Part shown: piece after piece, positions 39,915 through 48,476 of the stretch
Position numbering within the stretch: position 1 is the stretch's first letter
Layout of the letters: each line of letters starts with the position of its first letter
NCBI GenBank assembly: GCA_050251055.1
Contig: JBFWNL010000009.1
Span: forward strand, 64,001 to 128,000
Source: Bacteriovoracia bacterium
GTDB lineage: Bacteria > Bdellovibrionota > UBA1018 > JBFWNL01
Direction: 5' to 3'
DNA length: 64,000 nucleotides
Program-made: the position numbers and the translations under genes
Notes under the pieces: model-generated
Told to the model about the DNA's origin: nothing
Seen by the model: only the letters and a program-made list of their open reading frames with translations
Database searches by the model: none

Positions 39915-40745
39915 TCAAGCTTCTTCGGCATGGGCGGTGGGAAACGCCGCCATGGTTACGTGGTAGACCGCGTTGCGGGAAGGATTCGCTTGGCTCAGCT
40001 CGCGAATCTTCTGCATGGTTTCCTCGAATAAAACCGTCACTTTTTGGTAGGTATCGGCGTCCATACCGATAGTGAAGCCGGAAACGTGGCGTTTCTCGCG
40101 CTCCACCCGGTGGAGCGAATCAGCACCCAACGCTAGCATCGCGATGTGAAACTCTGTGAGCGCTACCCGGTAGACATTACCCTCGCACTGGATGTGCTTA
40201 TCCCCCGTCGAAACCCGGCCCTGCTTATCCACCACTTCAATGAAGCCATGCTCTTTTAGAAACCGAATCGCCTTTTTGATCTCGGCTAGCGGCACCGTGC
40301 GGACGAGCCGCCGGCTAATCCACTCGGCATCGAGCTTAAAGTGCTCAAGCTCCGCCATTTCGCGAATCGTGACGTAAAACCACCGGCTGAAGTAGCGAGA
40401 AACCTCAAATTCCTTAGGATTCATGCGCCGGTACGTACGGAAGTTCTGGATGGCATGAAAGCCTTCGGATCTTTCCTGCAAGTCCTTCGATTGCCCCATG
40501 GCGCGCAACGAGCGGAAGAAACTCGCTTCGGATGGAGAAAGATCCAAATGCGGAAGGACTTTTTCCAAAGCCTTTTCCGTGAGCGGACGCTTACGCAATA
40601 AGACCTGGGGAAAGAAGGCGCTCGAAAAGCCCGCCCGACGGGCGAACGCCCGGACGGTGAATCGCCCTTTAGCGGCTTTCTTGTAGGCGAACCAGTCCTT
40701 CAAAAAGGCAATGGGATCGTGGTAGCTGCGTATATCGGGTTTCAC
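39915..40745 (-). CDS. TIGR02147 / DUF4423 family HTH protein
   Basis: YHDPIAFLKDWF, FTVRAFARRAG, WFYVTIRE, WISRRL, FH..ML, R..SGFT, VYHV...FP. Confidence 0.85.
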   Translation of the reverse strand: MKPDIRSYHDPIAFLKDWFAYKKAAKGRFTVRAFARRAGFSSAFFPQVLLRKRPLTEKALEKVLPHLDLSPSEASFFRSLRAMGQSKDLQERSEGFHAIQNFRTYRRMNPKEFEVSRYFSRWFYVTIREMAELEHFKLDAEWISRRLVRTVPLAEIKKAIRFLKEHGFIEVVDKQGRVSTGDKHIQCEGNVYRVALTEFHIAMLALGADSLHRVEREKRHVSGFTIGMDADTYQKVTVLFEETMQKIRELSQANPSRNAVYHVTMAAFPTAHAEEA

Positions 40746-40752
40746 ATCTAAA

Positions 40753-40781
40753 ATGCTAACAAAATATCAGTCAAAATTCAA
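40753..40781 (-). promoter_or_regulatory. Sigma70 promoter of the TIGR02147 gene (leaderless geometry)
   Basis: TTGAAT-17 nt-TAGCAT-7 nt-GTG on the minus strand. Confidence 0.55.
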
Positions 40782-40862
40782 TATACGGTCAGCAGTACTA
40801 TGTTACCTAATTGTAATAATTAATTATTTATAAAATATAATCAAAATCTGCTAACAAAATAT
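40754..40862. repeat. 14-bp direct repeat, candidate operator
   Basis: TGCTAACAAAATAT at 40754-40767 and 40849-40862. Confidence 0.65.
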
Positions 40863-40872
40863 ATAACATTAT

Positions 40873-40901
40873 TTGACTTACACCGTCGGAAATCGTATGC
40901 T
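40873..40901 (+). promoter_or_regulatory. Sigma70 promoter
   Basis: TTGACT-17 nt-TATGCT with an AT-rich upstream region. Confidence 0.65.
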
Positions 40902-40907
40902 GTTTAC

Positions 40908-41138
40908 AAGGGGGCAGCAAAACGGGTTGGGGCAAAGCGGTTCGCTTGTGGCGACGCCATTCGGGGTAAAATGCCAAAACCCACTACTCCCTAAAATCTT
41001 GGTTCGGGGCGCTCACGTTGTCATTCGTAGTGAACGCGTTTTTTCGACACCCGTGTCTGGCCCATTATCCCTGCGGCCGCGTCGAAAAGGCGAGTCTGAA
41101 TTCCATTTCGGGGCGAATTCGGGCGACAACGTGAGCGT
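40908..41138 (+). ncRNA. Candidate structured non-coding RNA
   Basis: Follows the promoter; no credible ORF; 13-bp closing stem 41010-41022/41125-41137 encloses two further stems with G-U pairs. Confidence 0.5.
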
Positions 41139-41148
41139 GTGGCACTCC

Positions 41149-41820
41149 TCACGCGCGTTCCGCGACGACCAGAGTCTTACGCAAAAACTTACCCAAAGCA
41201 CTGCCTTCCGGTAAATGCTGGTGAATCAAAGCCCATGCCTCGTCATCCGAAAACGCTCCCGAAGCTTCCCACAAATCCTCGTATAGATGCCGAGTCGCGC
41301 CGACCGCGAGCGAAGGAAACGCGCCGTCATCCACCTCCCCAAAAGCCACGATCGAAAGACGGGTGAAGAGCTCCTTAACGCCCTTGCTATAGGCGCTTTC
41401 GTTAAACTTCCCTTGCAGATCGGTCATGCGCTTGAGCTCCTTGGTGGAAAGCGGCGAATCACTCTCCAAGGCTTCCAATATCCGGCGAGCGGTTAGGGAG
41501 TAACGGCTCCCCCCGGGTGGAATCCCGGCGTCCTGGCGCCGATACACGGCCAATAGCGCGGTGAAAAGCGGGCGAGAAAAGAACGTAGCGCGGCCCTGAT
41601 ACCACTTCACGTAGACAACCTGCCGACAGTCGCTTAAGCGCTTCATGAGATGCCACATGTCCGCAACGCGGTTATCGCCGCTCTCATCCCATTCCCAGCG
41701 CATGGGCGTGCGTGGAGAGAATTCATACCAAAGCGAGCGCGGCTCACGCTTATTGTTCACGGGAAACACGAGCAACACTCCGGCTCGATTGATCTTGCTG
41801 ATGGCGCTGCGCTGGTTCAT
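41149..41820 (-). CDS. AlkZ-related winged-helix domain protein
   Basis: SLW, YxKWYxGRATF, RRILEALESDSPLSTKELK motifs. Confidence 0.55.
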   Translation of the reverse strand: MNQRSAISKINRAGVLLVFPVNNKREPRSLWYEFSPRTPMRWEWDESGDNRVADMWHLMKRLSDCRQVVYVKWYQGRATFFSRPLFTALLAVYRRQDAGIPPGGSRYSLTARRILEALESDSPLSTKELKRMTDLQGKFNESAYSKGVKELFTRLSIVAFGEVDDGAFPSLAVGATRHLYEDLWEASGAFSDDEAWALIHQHLPEGSALGKFLRKTLVVAERA

Positions 41821-41924
41821 CCGTCTCTTGGTGTATCACGAGAAAGCCGGACGGCAATCTTGCGGTTGGCGCGAGATTGGGATTCCTCGGTTGGATAGCG
41901 GGCGGCTCGTTTTAAAGTGCACGG

Positions 41925-41963
41925 GCGATTTTGCTTCGCGCATCCTGCGCTACGCAAGATCGC
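41925..41963. repeat. REP-like imperfect hairpin
   Basis: GCGATTTTGC..GCGCA-TCC-TGCGC..GCAAGATCGC. Confidence 0.45.
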
Positions 41964-41999
41964 TAAGGAAGGTCGCGCCTCCAGCGCTCCTCACCGCAT

Positions 42000-42158
42000 G
42001 AACCATTTTTCTTCTCAATTTTATCTTAAAAAAAGACGCCGACCCGGGAGGGGGCATCCGCGGGCCACGAGGGCGCTGAGCGGTTGAGCGCATGGAAGCG
42101 CGTCCCCCTCACGGGTCGGCGTCTTTTTTTAAGATAAAATTGAGAAGAAAAATGGTTC
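42000..42158. repeat. Long inverted repeat (55-bp arms) abutting the tRNA 3' end
   Basis: 42000-42054 vs 42104-42158: 47 bp perfect + 1 mismatch + 7 bp; 49-nt spacer. Confidence 0.95.
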
Positions 42159-42227
42159 GGGCGATTGGGGTTGAACCAACGACCCCCACCGTGTCAAGGT
42201 GGTGCTCTGCCACTGAGCTACGCCCGA
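42153..42227 (-). tRNA. tRNA-Val(GAC)
   Basis: Cloverleaf: acceptor TCGGGCG/CGCCCGA, D arm GCTC/GAGC, anticodon arm CCACC-TTGACAC-GGTGG, T loop TTCAACC, encoded CCA. Confidence 0.97.
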
Positions 42228-42304
42228 ACATTAAATGATTGGCCTAAAGGATATAGCCTTTCCGCCTTGCTTCCGTCAATACCGGGGTTTAATCTCGTAA
42301 AACG

Positions 42305-43039
42305 ATGAAAAAGCCGCCAAAAACCCCCGATTCTCCGCCGGCGTTTCCCTACGAGCCCATTCGCGAAATCGCCCCGGACCTGTTCTGCGTGGACGGGGAT
42401 TGGCGTAACGCTTTCCGTCGCCGAATGACGATCATGCGACTCAAATCCCGCGAACTCATCGTCCATAGTGCGATCCATCTCCGCGACGAGGACTACCGCG
42501 CACTCGACAAGCTAGGCGAAGTCTCTACCATCGTGGTGCCGAACAAGTTCCATTGCAGCGAGGCCTTCCTTTATGCGGAACGCTATCCGACCGCGAACGT
42601 CCTCGTTTCCCCCGCGGCCGTAAAGGCCATCCAAGGCCGTTGCCGCGTCGACGGCCTGCTGCCCACCGACTGGCCCGCGCGCGCAAAGGAAGAGGTCGAA
42701 TGCCTGTCCGTACAAGGCACGCGCTTATTGGAGGAAACGGTTTTTTTCCACCGCGCTTCGAAGAGCCTCGTGACCACCGACCTGGTTTTCAATCTGCAAT
42801 TCGAAATGCGGGGCCTTGGAAAAATTTTCGGGAAGTGGAATCGGATTTACAAGCGGTTTGGACCGAGCAATATCTTTCGACTCGTGTTTACAAAAGACCC
42901 CGAGATGGTGCAGGAATCCGTGAACCGCATCTTGCGCTGGGACTTCGACCGCGTAATCATGAACCACGGGCAAATCCTGGAAAAAGGCGGGCGCGAAGCG
43001 CTCCAGCGCGGTTTTGCCGAAATATTCCCTAAAAAATAG
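42305..43039 (+). CDS. DUF4336 family protein (metallo-beta-lactamase-like fold)
   Basis: RMTIMRL, VHS, PNKFH, ETVFFHRASKSLVTTDL, WDFDRVIMNHG. Confidence 0.8.
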   Translation: MKKPPKTPDSPPAFPYEPIREIAPDLFCVDGDWRNAFRRRMTIMRLKSRELIVHSAIHLRDEDYRALDKLGEVSTIVVPNKFHCSEAFLYAERYPTANVLVSPAAVKAIQGRCRVDGLLPTDWPARAKEEVECLSVQGTRLLEETVFFHRASKSLVTTDLVFNLQFEMRGLGKIFGKWNRIYKRFGPSNIFRLVFTKDPEMVQESVNRILRWDFDRVIMNHGQILEKGGREALQRGFAEIFPKK

Positions 43040-43718
43040 AGTTTTCTGCGCTCCCATAGACGGCTTCCGTCGCGCGCGTAATAACCTGCCCCGCTTCATC
43101 AAATAGTGCGGACGCAGGGGGCTCGGAAAACACGAAGTCCGCCGAGGCGCAAAGCCCGCAGGGATTGATCCCAAAAAAACTCTCCGGCGTACGAAAGAAG
43201 TTGATGGCTAGCCCATGCAACAACCAGCCGTCCACGATTTGCACGCCTACCGACGCGAGTTTCCCACGCGCGGTCCACACGCCCGTTTGCGTGCCGCCGC
43301 GAATCTCGGCCGGACAATCAAACTGCCGAGCCGCCCGAACGCCGATCTCCAGTAAGCCTTCCACCGCTTTACGCACCCCACGCGAATCCCCCACCAAACG
43401 CGCCAAGGGAAAGACGGGGAAAAGCACCCATTGACCCGGTCCATGGTAGGTCGCAAGCCCCCCGCGATCAGTCGTCAGGACTTCTACTCCTCGAGACGCG
43501 AAATCATCGGGTGAGGCCAACAGCTGATCGGCCCCCGCGCGACGTCCCAGGGTAATGACGGGAGAAACTTCGGAGAGCAGGAATCGGCCCTCGCCTGCGC
43601 GCATCAGCTCACGCTGACGCTCATCCTTGCGAGCGTAAGTCCAAGGAGCCGCTTTCGAATGGCGGCGGACCTCCCAGGCGGATTTCCCATGGATTTCCAT
43701 GGGCGAGCCATACCACAT
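43029..43718 (-). CDS. lipB: Lipoyl(octanoyl) transferase
   Basis: PVITLGR, DRGGLATYHGPGQ, GVW...KLASVG, HGLAIN, INPCG. Confidence 0.9.
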   Translation of the reverse strand: MWYGSPMEIHGKSAWEVRRHSKAAPWTYARKDERQRELMRAGEGRFLLSEVSPVITLGRRAGADQLLASPDDFASRGVEVLTTDRGGLATYHGPGQWVLFPVFPLARLVGDSRGVRKAVEGLLEIGVRAARQFDCPAEIRGGTQTGVWTARGKLASVGVQIVDGWLLHGLAINFFRTPESFFGINPCGLCASADFVFSEPPASALFDEAGQVITRATEAVYGSAENSIF

Positions 43719-43855
43719 CCCCTACATGTCCGGGCATGTCGGCTGACGGAGGTCAAAAATCCGACTATATTGCACTGCGTTACGAATCAGCACTCGGGCT
43801 AAACCCTTAAGTCATTCATATTACGACTTAATTTAGGATCAGGAGATCGAATCAT

Positions 43856-44533
43856 ATGAAGCGAATCATTTTCACTGTTTTAGCCATGGCGTCCACCAGC
43901 TGGGCAATGGCGGACCAACTCACCCCCCAGCAACAGATCGACACGGTCGCGGGAGACCTCGAAGCCCTCATCATGCAACAACGGGTGACCTTCCCCCAAG
44001 GCGCCGCCGACCAGTTGGTCTACATGCAGGCGCTCCTGACCCTCAAAAACGTTTCCAAAGAACTCGCCGCCGCCCCGGCTCCGGCAGCGGACCCCAACCA
44101 ACCCGATAAGATGGACAAACTCGTGGAAGAGCTCGTCGAACTCCAGGGCCACGTCTCCGCTTTCTTGGGCGAAAAGAACACCTTCGGCTACGTGCTGAAA
44201 AAAGATCCCTCGCAGATCAAGATCAATGGCGCGGCTATCATTGGCGGCGTCGGCAGTAAGGTCGGCGGCGTGCTGGGCGGGATCCTGGGAGGCAGCGTAA
44301 AGATCGATACCTCGAAGGAGATCGTGAGCAAGTTCCAGGAATATCGCGGCAAGTACCTCGCCAAGCTGGCGCAGATCGCCGGTTTGGACAAAACCGACGA
44401 CCGCGCCCGCGCGCAAGTAGCCTGGCCGCGCTCATTCAAAGTGATCTACCCGGGCGGTGATGGCTTCGGAAAGGAATTCTGGTCCCAACCGGAATGCATC
44501 AAGCTCTTCAACGATTACGACCTCTGCCGTTAA
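43856..44533 (+). CDS. Secreted hypothetical protein
   Basis: AGGAG RBS; signal peptide; internal Gly-rich hydrophobic segment. Confidence 0.7.
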   Translation: MKRIIFTVLAMASTSWAMADQLTPQQQIDTVAGDLEALIMQQRVTFPQGAADQLVYMQALLTLKNVSKELAAAPAPAADPNQPDKMDKLVEELVELQGHVSAFLGEKNTFGYVLKKDPSQIKINGAAIIGGVGSKVGGVLGGILGGSVKIDTSKEIVSKFQEYRGKYLAKLAQIAGLDKTDDRARAQVAWPRSFKVIYPGGDGFGKEFWSQPECIKLFNDYDLCR

Positions 44534-44549
44534 AAAAGGAGAAGAAATC

Positions 44550-45230
44550 ATGCAAAAATCAAAACACTTTCTAGCCGGTCTGATTGTGTTGGCGAGCGTC
44601 AGTCTCGCGGGATCGGCGGCGGCGACTGCCGACGAAGGCAAAAAAACGCATCCGAAGTTGAACAAATCGGAAGTGAATAAGTGCGTGAAGGCGCTCAGCA
44701 AGAAGTTCCTCGTCGGCCACTACGAAGGCTGGGACTCGATGTATAAGGATCGCTTCACCACCTATTGCGAAAGCAACGGATTTCGTCTGCCCGCTTACTT
44801 GGAATGCAACAACCGGATCGCCGAAAAGCTAAAGACGGCGCTTCCGGATACGATTCCGGCGTTCTGCCGGCACGCCCGTGAGCGCAATGCGGCGGCATAC
44901 TTGGAATACCAAGATTGCATCATCGATCTGTATCCGATCAGTGGTTTCGGTGCCTTCGCCCGGAGTCACTGTGTGGACAACTCGAGCGTTGAGGCGCGTA
45001 ACTGCGTGAAGAACGCGCCCAAGGACGAAAATGCCCCGCGCATTTTCGAGCCGGTGGGTGAACCCGACGCGAATGGCAACCCGCCCACTTCCGGCGCCGC
45101 AGACCCCACCTTCCGCAAGGCTGAACAGGCCAAACAGGCGATGGATGACTGCGCCAAGAAGTTCCCCAAGCAGGTTCGCGCGGATGACGACGAGTCCTTG
45201 AACTGGTATCCGCTCCCTCACGAGAAATAG
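44550..45230 (+). CDS. Secreted Cys-rich hypothetical protein
   Basis: AAGGAG RBS before ATG 44550; signal peptide; 8 Cys. Confidence 0.7.
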   Translation: MQKSKHFLAGLIVLASVSLAGSAAATADEGKKTHPKLNKSEVNKCVKALSKKFLVGHYEGWDSMYKDRFTTYCESNGFRLPAYLECNNRIAEKLKTALPDTIPAFCRHARERNAAAYLEYQDCIIDLYPISGFGAFARSHCVDNSSVEARNCVKNAPKDENAPRIFEPVGEPDANGNPPTSGAADPTFRKAEQAKQAMDDCAKKFPKQVRADDDESLNWYPLPHEK

Positions 45231-45244
45231 GTTGTCTCAACGAA

Positions 45245-45279
45245 GCCCCGCGGCGTACGTCACCTGGACGTCGCGGGGC
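45245..45279. terminator. Hairpin between convergent genes
   Basis: GCCCCGCGGCGT...ACGTCGCGGGGC. Confidence 0.55.
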
Positions 45280-45285
45280 CAATCT

Positions 45286-46956
45286 TTAAAAATCGGTTTT
45301 CTTTTCCGGGAAGATACGAGGGCCGGCGATCGTGTAGATTCGGTCCGGCGCTAGATAAGCGTCGATTCGATAGCCCCCCGTGCGGCTGAGCAACACGTGA
45401 AAATGCTCGGACGTGAAGTACCGCAAGCCGTGCGCAACGAGCTTTTCCTCCGGCATGCCTTGGGCTTTGACCGTGCCGGAAACGGATAATGTGCCGTCGT
45501 CTTGCCGCTTATACTCCACCAACACTTCCAAACCGATTCTATCCGCACGTAGCGAAGTGGTTCCATCACTTTCGGTGTGCTCGACCGAGATGTCGTCCTT
45601 GGTCTGAGCGAACGGGTCCGCCATCGCGCCGAGACCTCGGACTAATGCCATGGAAGTCACCCCTTTTCCATTTTCATGGTAGCCCGGGAGCTTGTAATCC
45701 AAGCCGGGCGGTAGGGGTTCGTCGGGATGGCTTAGCCAAAATTTCCCGTCCTTTTCGAAAACACCGCGCAGTAATTCGGGTTTGGCCAAACTTTGACGAA
45801 TCGAAGGCGAAGCCGGCTCAAACTCATTCCACCCGTAACCGTTGCGCTCACGCAGCGAAAGCCAGCGTTTTCCGTCAACCAAGATTCCCGTCACGGGCAA
45901 CGCACGCTTTCCCGGACGCATCGCCCCCGGGCCTCCGTCACCCAGGCTACCACCACCGTCGCCTAAACTACCGCCGCCATCTCCTAAACTTCCTCCGGCC
46001 GGGATCTTAAGTTCGCGCAGATGTACCGCCCCGGAAGCGACATAAAGAGTCCCCTGCCGATCGCGACGCACCGGCTCCTGATCGATGGATTCTTTACATT
46101 TGAAGATGTCCTGAATCAGGCGAAAAATTTTCGGGCCCGGCAGCGCGGCGATCTGCCGGCCGTAGGCATCCACCGCTAGCACCATACCGATCAATCGGTC
46201 GTTTTCACGGTAGAAGTGCGCTGACATCGCCATATTGGAATTTTGATCGACATTGCCCCACGGGTCCGGCCAGGCAATCACCGCCGATCCCGATTGCCCA
46301 CGCCAACCCCGGCCAAAAACCAGCAATAGGCGCCCCGTTTCGTCGTGACCGGCGATGCCGGTCTCGTAAGAGGCGACCGCCATGGTTACCATGTGATGCG
46401 TTTTGATTTTCCAATCCGCCGGCACATCGGGGGATTCAATGCGAAGCTGGGTTTTCTGGCGCGTACTGACGGCATCGATATCGTAGCCTTCTACCACGTG
46501 AAACTTCGTGGCGATCGGTAAACACGGCGTATTGGCCACGGCGGACGAAAACAGAGAAAAATCCGCCAACCCACTCGTATCTTCGAGCCGCAGCTCTAAG
46601 CCATCTTCGGTCACTATCTGGTTTTTTCCGTCGGAAACGTGCGCCGGAGTAATCCACCACGACCGATTGGGCGGGGGTTTGCGCCAGAGTCGCCGTGCCT
46701 CGCGATCTTCTTCGTAATATTTCTTATCCAAGCACACGTGCACGGCGGTGCCGATGCGCCGGCCGCCGACTTTATCTAAGAGCACGCTCGTATAGCGCGC
46801 GCCACCCACTTCGGTAAGCCCCACTTGGGAAGAGTCGCTATTTCGGGTCAACTCCTGAAAAAACGACGGCGGCTCCTCGGCGCGCACGCGAATCCAATCG
46901 CCCATCGCCCAGGCGAGCAAGATTCCACCGACGGTGATCCACCGGCTCGAGTTCAC
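45286..46956 (-). CDS. Secreted divergent trypsin-like serine protease with Gly-rich repeats
   Basis: ITPAHV (His), ADFSLF (Asp), RGQSGSAV (Ser) in the correct order; (GGSLGDG)x3. Confidence 0.6.
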   Translation of the reverse strand: MNSSRWITVGGILLAWAMGDWIRVRAEEPPSFFQELTRNSDSSQVGLTEVGGARYTSVLLDKVGGRRIGTAVHVCLDKKYYEEDREARRLWRKPPPNRSWWITPAHVSDGKNQIVTEDGLELRLEDTSGLADFSLFSSAVANTPCLPIATKFHVVEGYDIDAVSTRQKTQLRIESPDVPADWKIKTHHMVTMAVASYETGIAGHDETGRLLLVFGRGWRGQSGSAVIAWPDPWGNVDQNSNMAMSAHFYRENDRLIGMVLAVDAYGRQIAALPGPKIFRLIQDIFKCKESIDQEPVRRDRQGTLYVASGAVHLRELKIPAGGSLGDGGGSLGDGGGSLGDGGPGAMRPGKRALPVTGILVDGKRWLSLRERNGYGWNEFEPASPSIRQSLAKPELLRGVFEKDGKFWLSHPDEPLPPGLDYKLPGYHENGKGVTSMALVRGLGAMADPFAQTKDDISVEHTESDGTTSLRADRIGLEVLVEYKRQDDGTLSVSGTVKAQGMPEEKLVAHGLRYFTSEHFHVLLSRTGGYRIDAYLAPDRIYTIAGPRIFPEKKTDF

Positions 46957-48419
46957 GCGATTTCCCCCGTTTCGCGGCGGCGCAGGTCGTAGCGAAGTAC
47001 GATCGACCCGTCACCGGGTAACTGCCACGGGCAGGGTAATCCCCGCGCCGTAAACTTCGCCTCGGAGCGCTTGAGGAGCTTTTGGAGACGCCCGTCGTGA
47101 AGTCTCGCGACATAGCGACTACGGGTCAATTTTTCGTGCAGATAAGACTTCTGGAACGAATCGCCACGTCGGCCTCCCAACAGACGCAGCAAAGCCAAAG
47201 TGATGGGCTGCCGCCGCAAACTCAGGGAAACGGACTCCGGATGTCCAGGCGTCTGAAACACAACCTCATTTTCCTCCAGGGAAAACGCAGAGGCGGATGT
47301 CACCTGCAAAGGGAACAAACGACGCTCTAGCCGTTGGCGCCAAGGAGACTCGACTCCCCCCAGCCGATCGGCATCGATCGCCGGCATCAACGGGGAACGA
47401 AACCCCACCGCGGCTAACTGCGGATTCAGCTCATCCCGCCAAATCCGCCGCGCGTAGTCGACGTCTTCATCGATCGCGATCAGCGCCGTCAGATAAGTGA
47501 AATACAAACGGAAACGCCAGGGCAAGGATTCCACTCGGACGCGAGGACGATCAGAATCACCCCAGAGACGGCGGCAGAGAGTAGCGATGGCCCTTCGGCC
47601 CGGGTCGCGCTGAACGTCGTCCGAGCGGAAATACTCGTGCAGCCATCGCGCATGAGCTAGAGCCGCAGGATCGTAGATAAAGAGAAATTCCGTGCAAAGC
47701 TTGGCGATATCGAAGCGATCGGGCGCGGCCACGTGCACGGGTGGCCCCTCCACGCTCCAGCGCCGGGCAAGGCTCGAATCTCCGTCGCCATCGAGGAACT
47801 CGAGGCAGAGGTCCACCCGAGGCAGAAAGCCGGGAGGGATGCGGTCTCGAACTCCCCGCAGGTACTCGGGGTTGCCCAGATCCCAGCGGATCCAAGCTTC
47901 GTTCATCTGGCTGAGACCTCGGCGGTAACCGGCCGCACGCGTATCGGCGGCGATACTTTGAAAGAGATCCGCGGCCACGAAGAGCTTGCCCAGTTCGGCC
48001 TGGGCAAATGCATAGGCGAATTTGGCGTCATTGCCCAACATCGCGGCGACCGAAGGATCCCCGTGATTTTGGCTCAGTTCCCAGCCAATTTGGGCGGTCT
48101 GGGCGGCTTCCACGAACTTGCCTTGGGCTCGCTCCACGCGGGCCTGGGCGAGTAAGGCCCGCAGCTCCGTCTCCGGGTCGAACACGGGAGGACTCTCATC
48201 CGCCGCCGCGCGGACTTCACGGATCATCCGGCAAGCGTCCTCTTCACGCCCCAAGAATGCGTACGCGCGCGCCAGGGCCGCTTTTTCCCGCAGGCCGCGA
48301 TGCAGGCGAGGCTCGAGCACGCGCACGACGGACGCAAAATCCCCTTCCCGTTCGTATTGCCGGTAGTCGGGTGTTAAAAAATTCGACAATCCATCGCGCG
48401 GATTCGCCACTTGAGACAT
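46953..48419 (-). CDS. TPR + C-terminal winged-helix regulator
   Basis: Helical repeats; C-terminal K..L...L....Y....HD.RL..L..R; 4-nt overlap with the downstream protease gene. Confidence 0.65.
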   Translation of the reverse strand: MSQVANPRDGLSNFLTPDYRQYEREGDFASVVRVLEPRLHRGLREKAALARAYAFLGREEDACRMIREVRAAADESPPVFDPETELRALLAQARVERAQGKFVEAAQTAQIGWELSQNHGDPSVAAMLGNDAKFAYAFAQAELGKLFVAADLFQSIAADTRAAGYRRGLSQMNEAWIRWDLGNPEYLRGVRDRIPPGFLPRVDLCLEFLDGDGDSSLARRWSVEGPPVHVAAPDRFDIAKLCTEFLFIYDPAALAHARWLHEYFRSDDVQRDPGRRAIATLCRRLWGDSDRPRVRVESLPWRFRLYFTYLTALIAIDEDVDYARRIWRDELNPQLAAVGFRSPLMPAIDADRLGGVESPWRQRLERRLFPLQVTSASAFSLEENEVVFQTPGHPESVSLSLRRQPITLALLRLLGGRRGDSFQKSYLHEKLTRSRYVARLHDGRLQKLLKRSEAKFTARGLPCPWQLPGDGSIVLRYDLRRRETGEIA

Positions 48420-48434
48420 TCGACGCGGGCTATA

Positions 48435-48449
48435 GCAAGCGATGTACCG
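48435..48449 (-). promoter_or_regulatory. Possible sigma54 promoter
   Basis: Minus strand CGGTAC-ATCGC-TTGC, GG-N10-GC spacing, just upstream of the 48419 start. Confidence 0.45.
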
Positions 48450-48476
48450 CGGGGAGGCTAGGGGGCGGGCGGGCGA

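Noticed and set aside
41010-41137. Retron msr-msd or known riboswitch/ribozyme
   Set aside because: The closing inverted repeat is retron-like but no reverse transcriptase is in the window; no c-di-GMP, tmRNA, 6S, SRP, RNase P or hammerhead consensus recognised
40873-41214. 113-aa ORF in the track opposite TIGR02147
   Set aside because: Its TTG start is the -35 box itself and lies upstream of the predicted TSS; no RBS; overlaps the convergent gene; no protein-like features
42000-42227. Prophage or genomic island integrated at tRNA-Val
   Set aside because: No integrase, no direct-repeat copy of the tRNA 3' end and no phage genes seen
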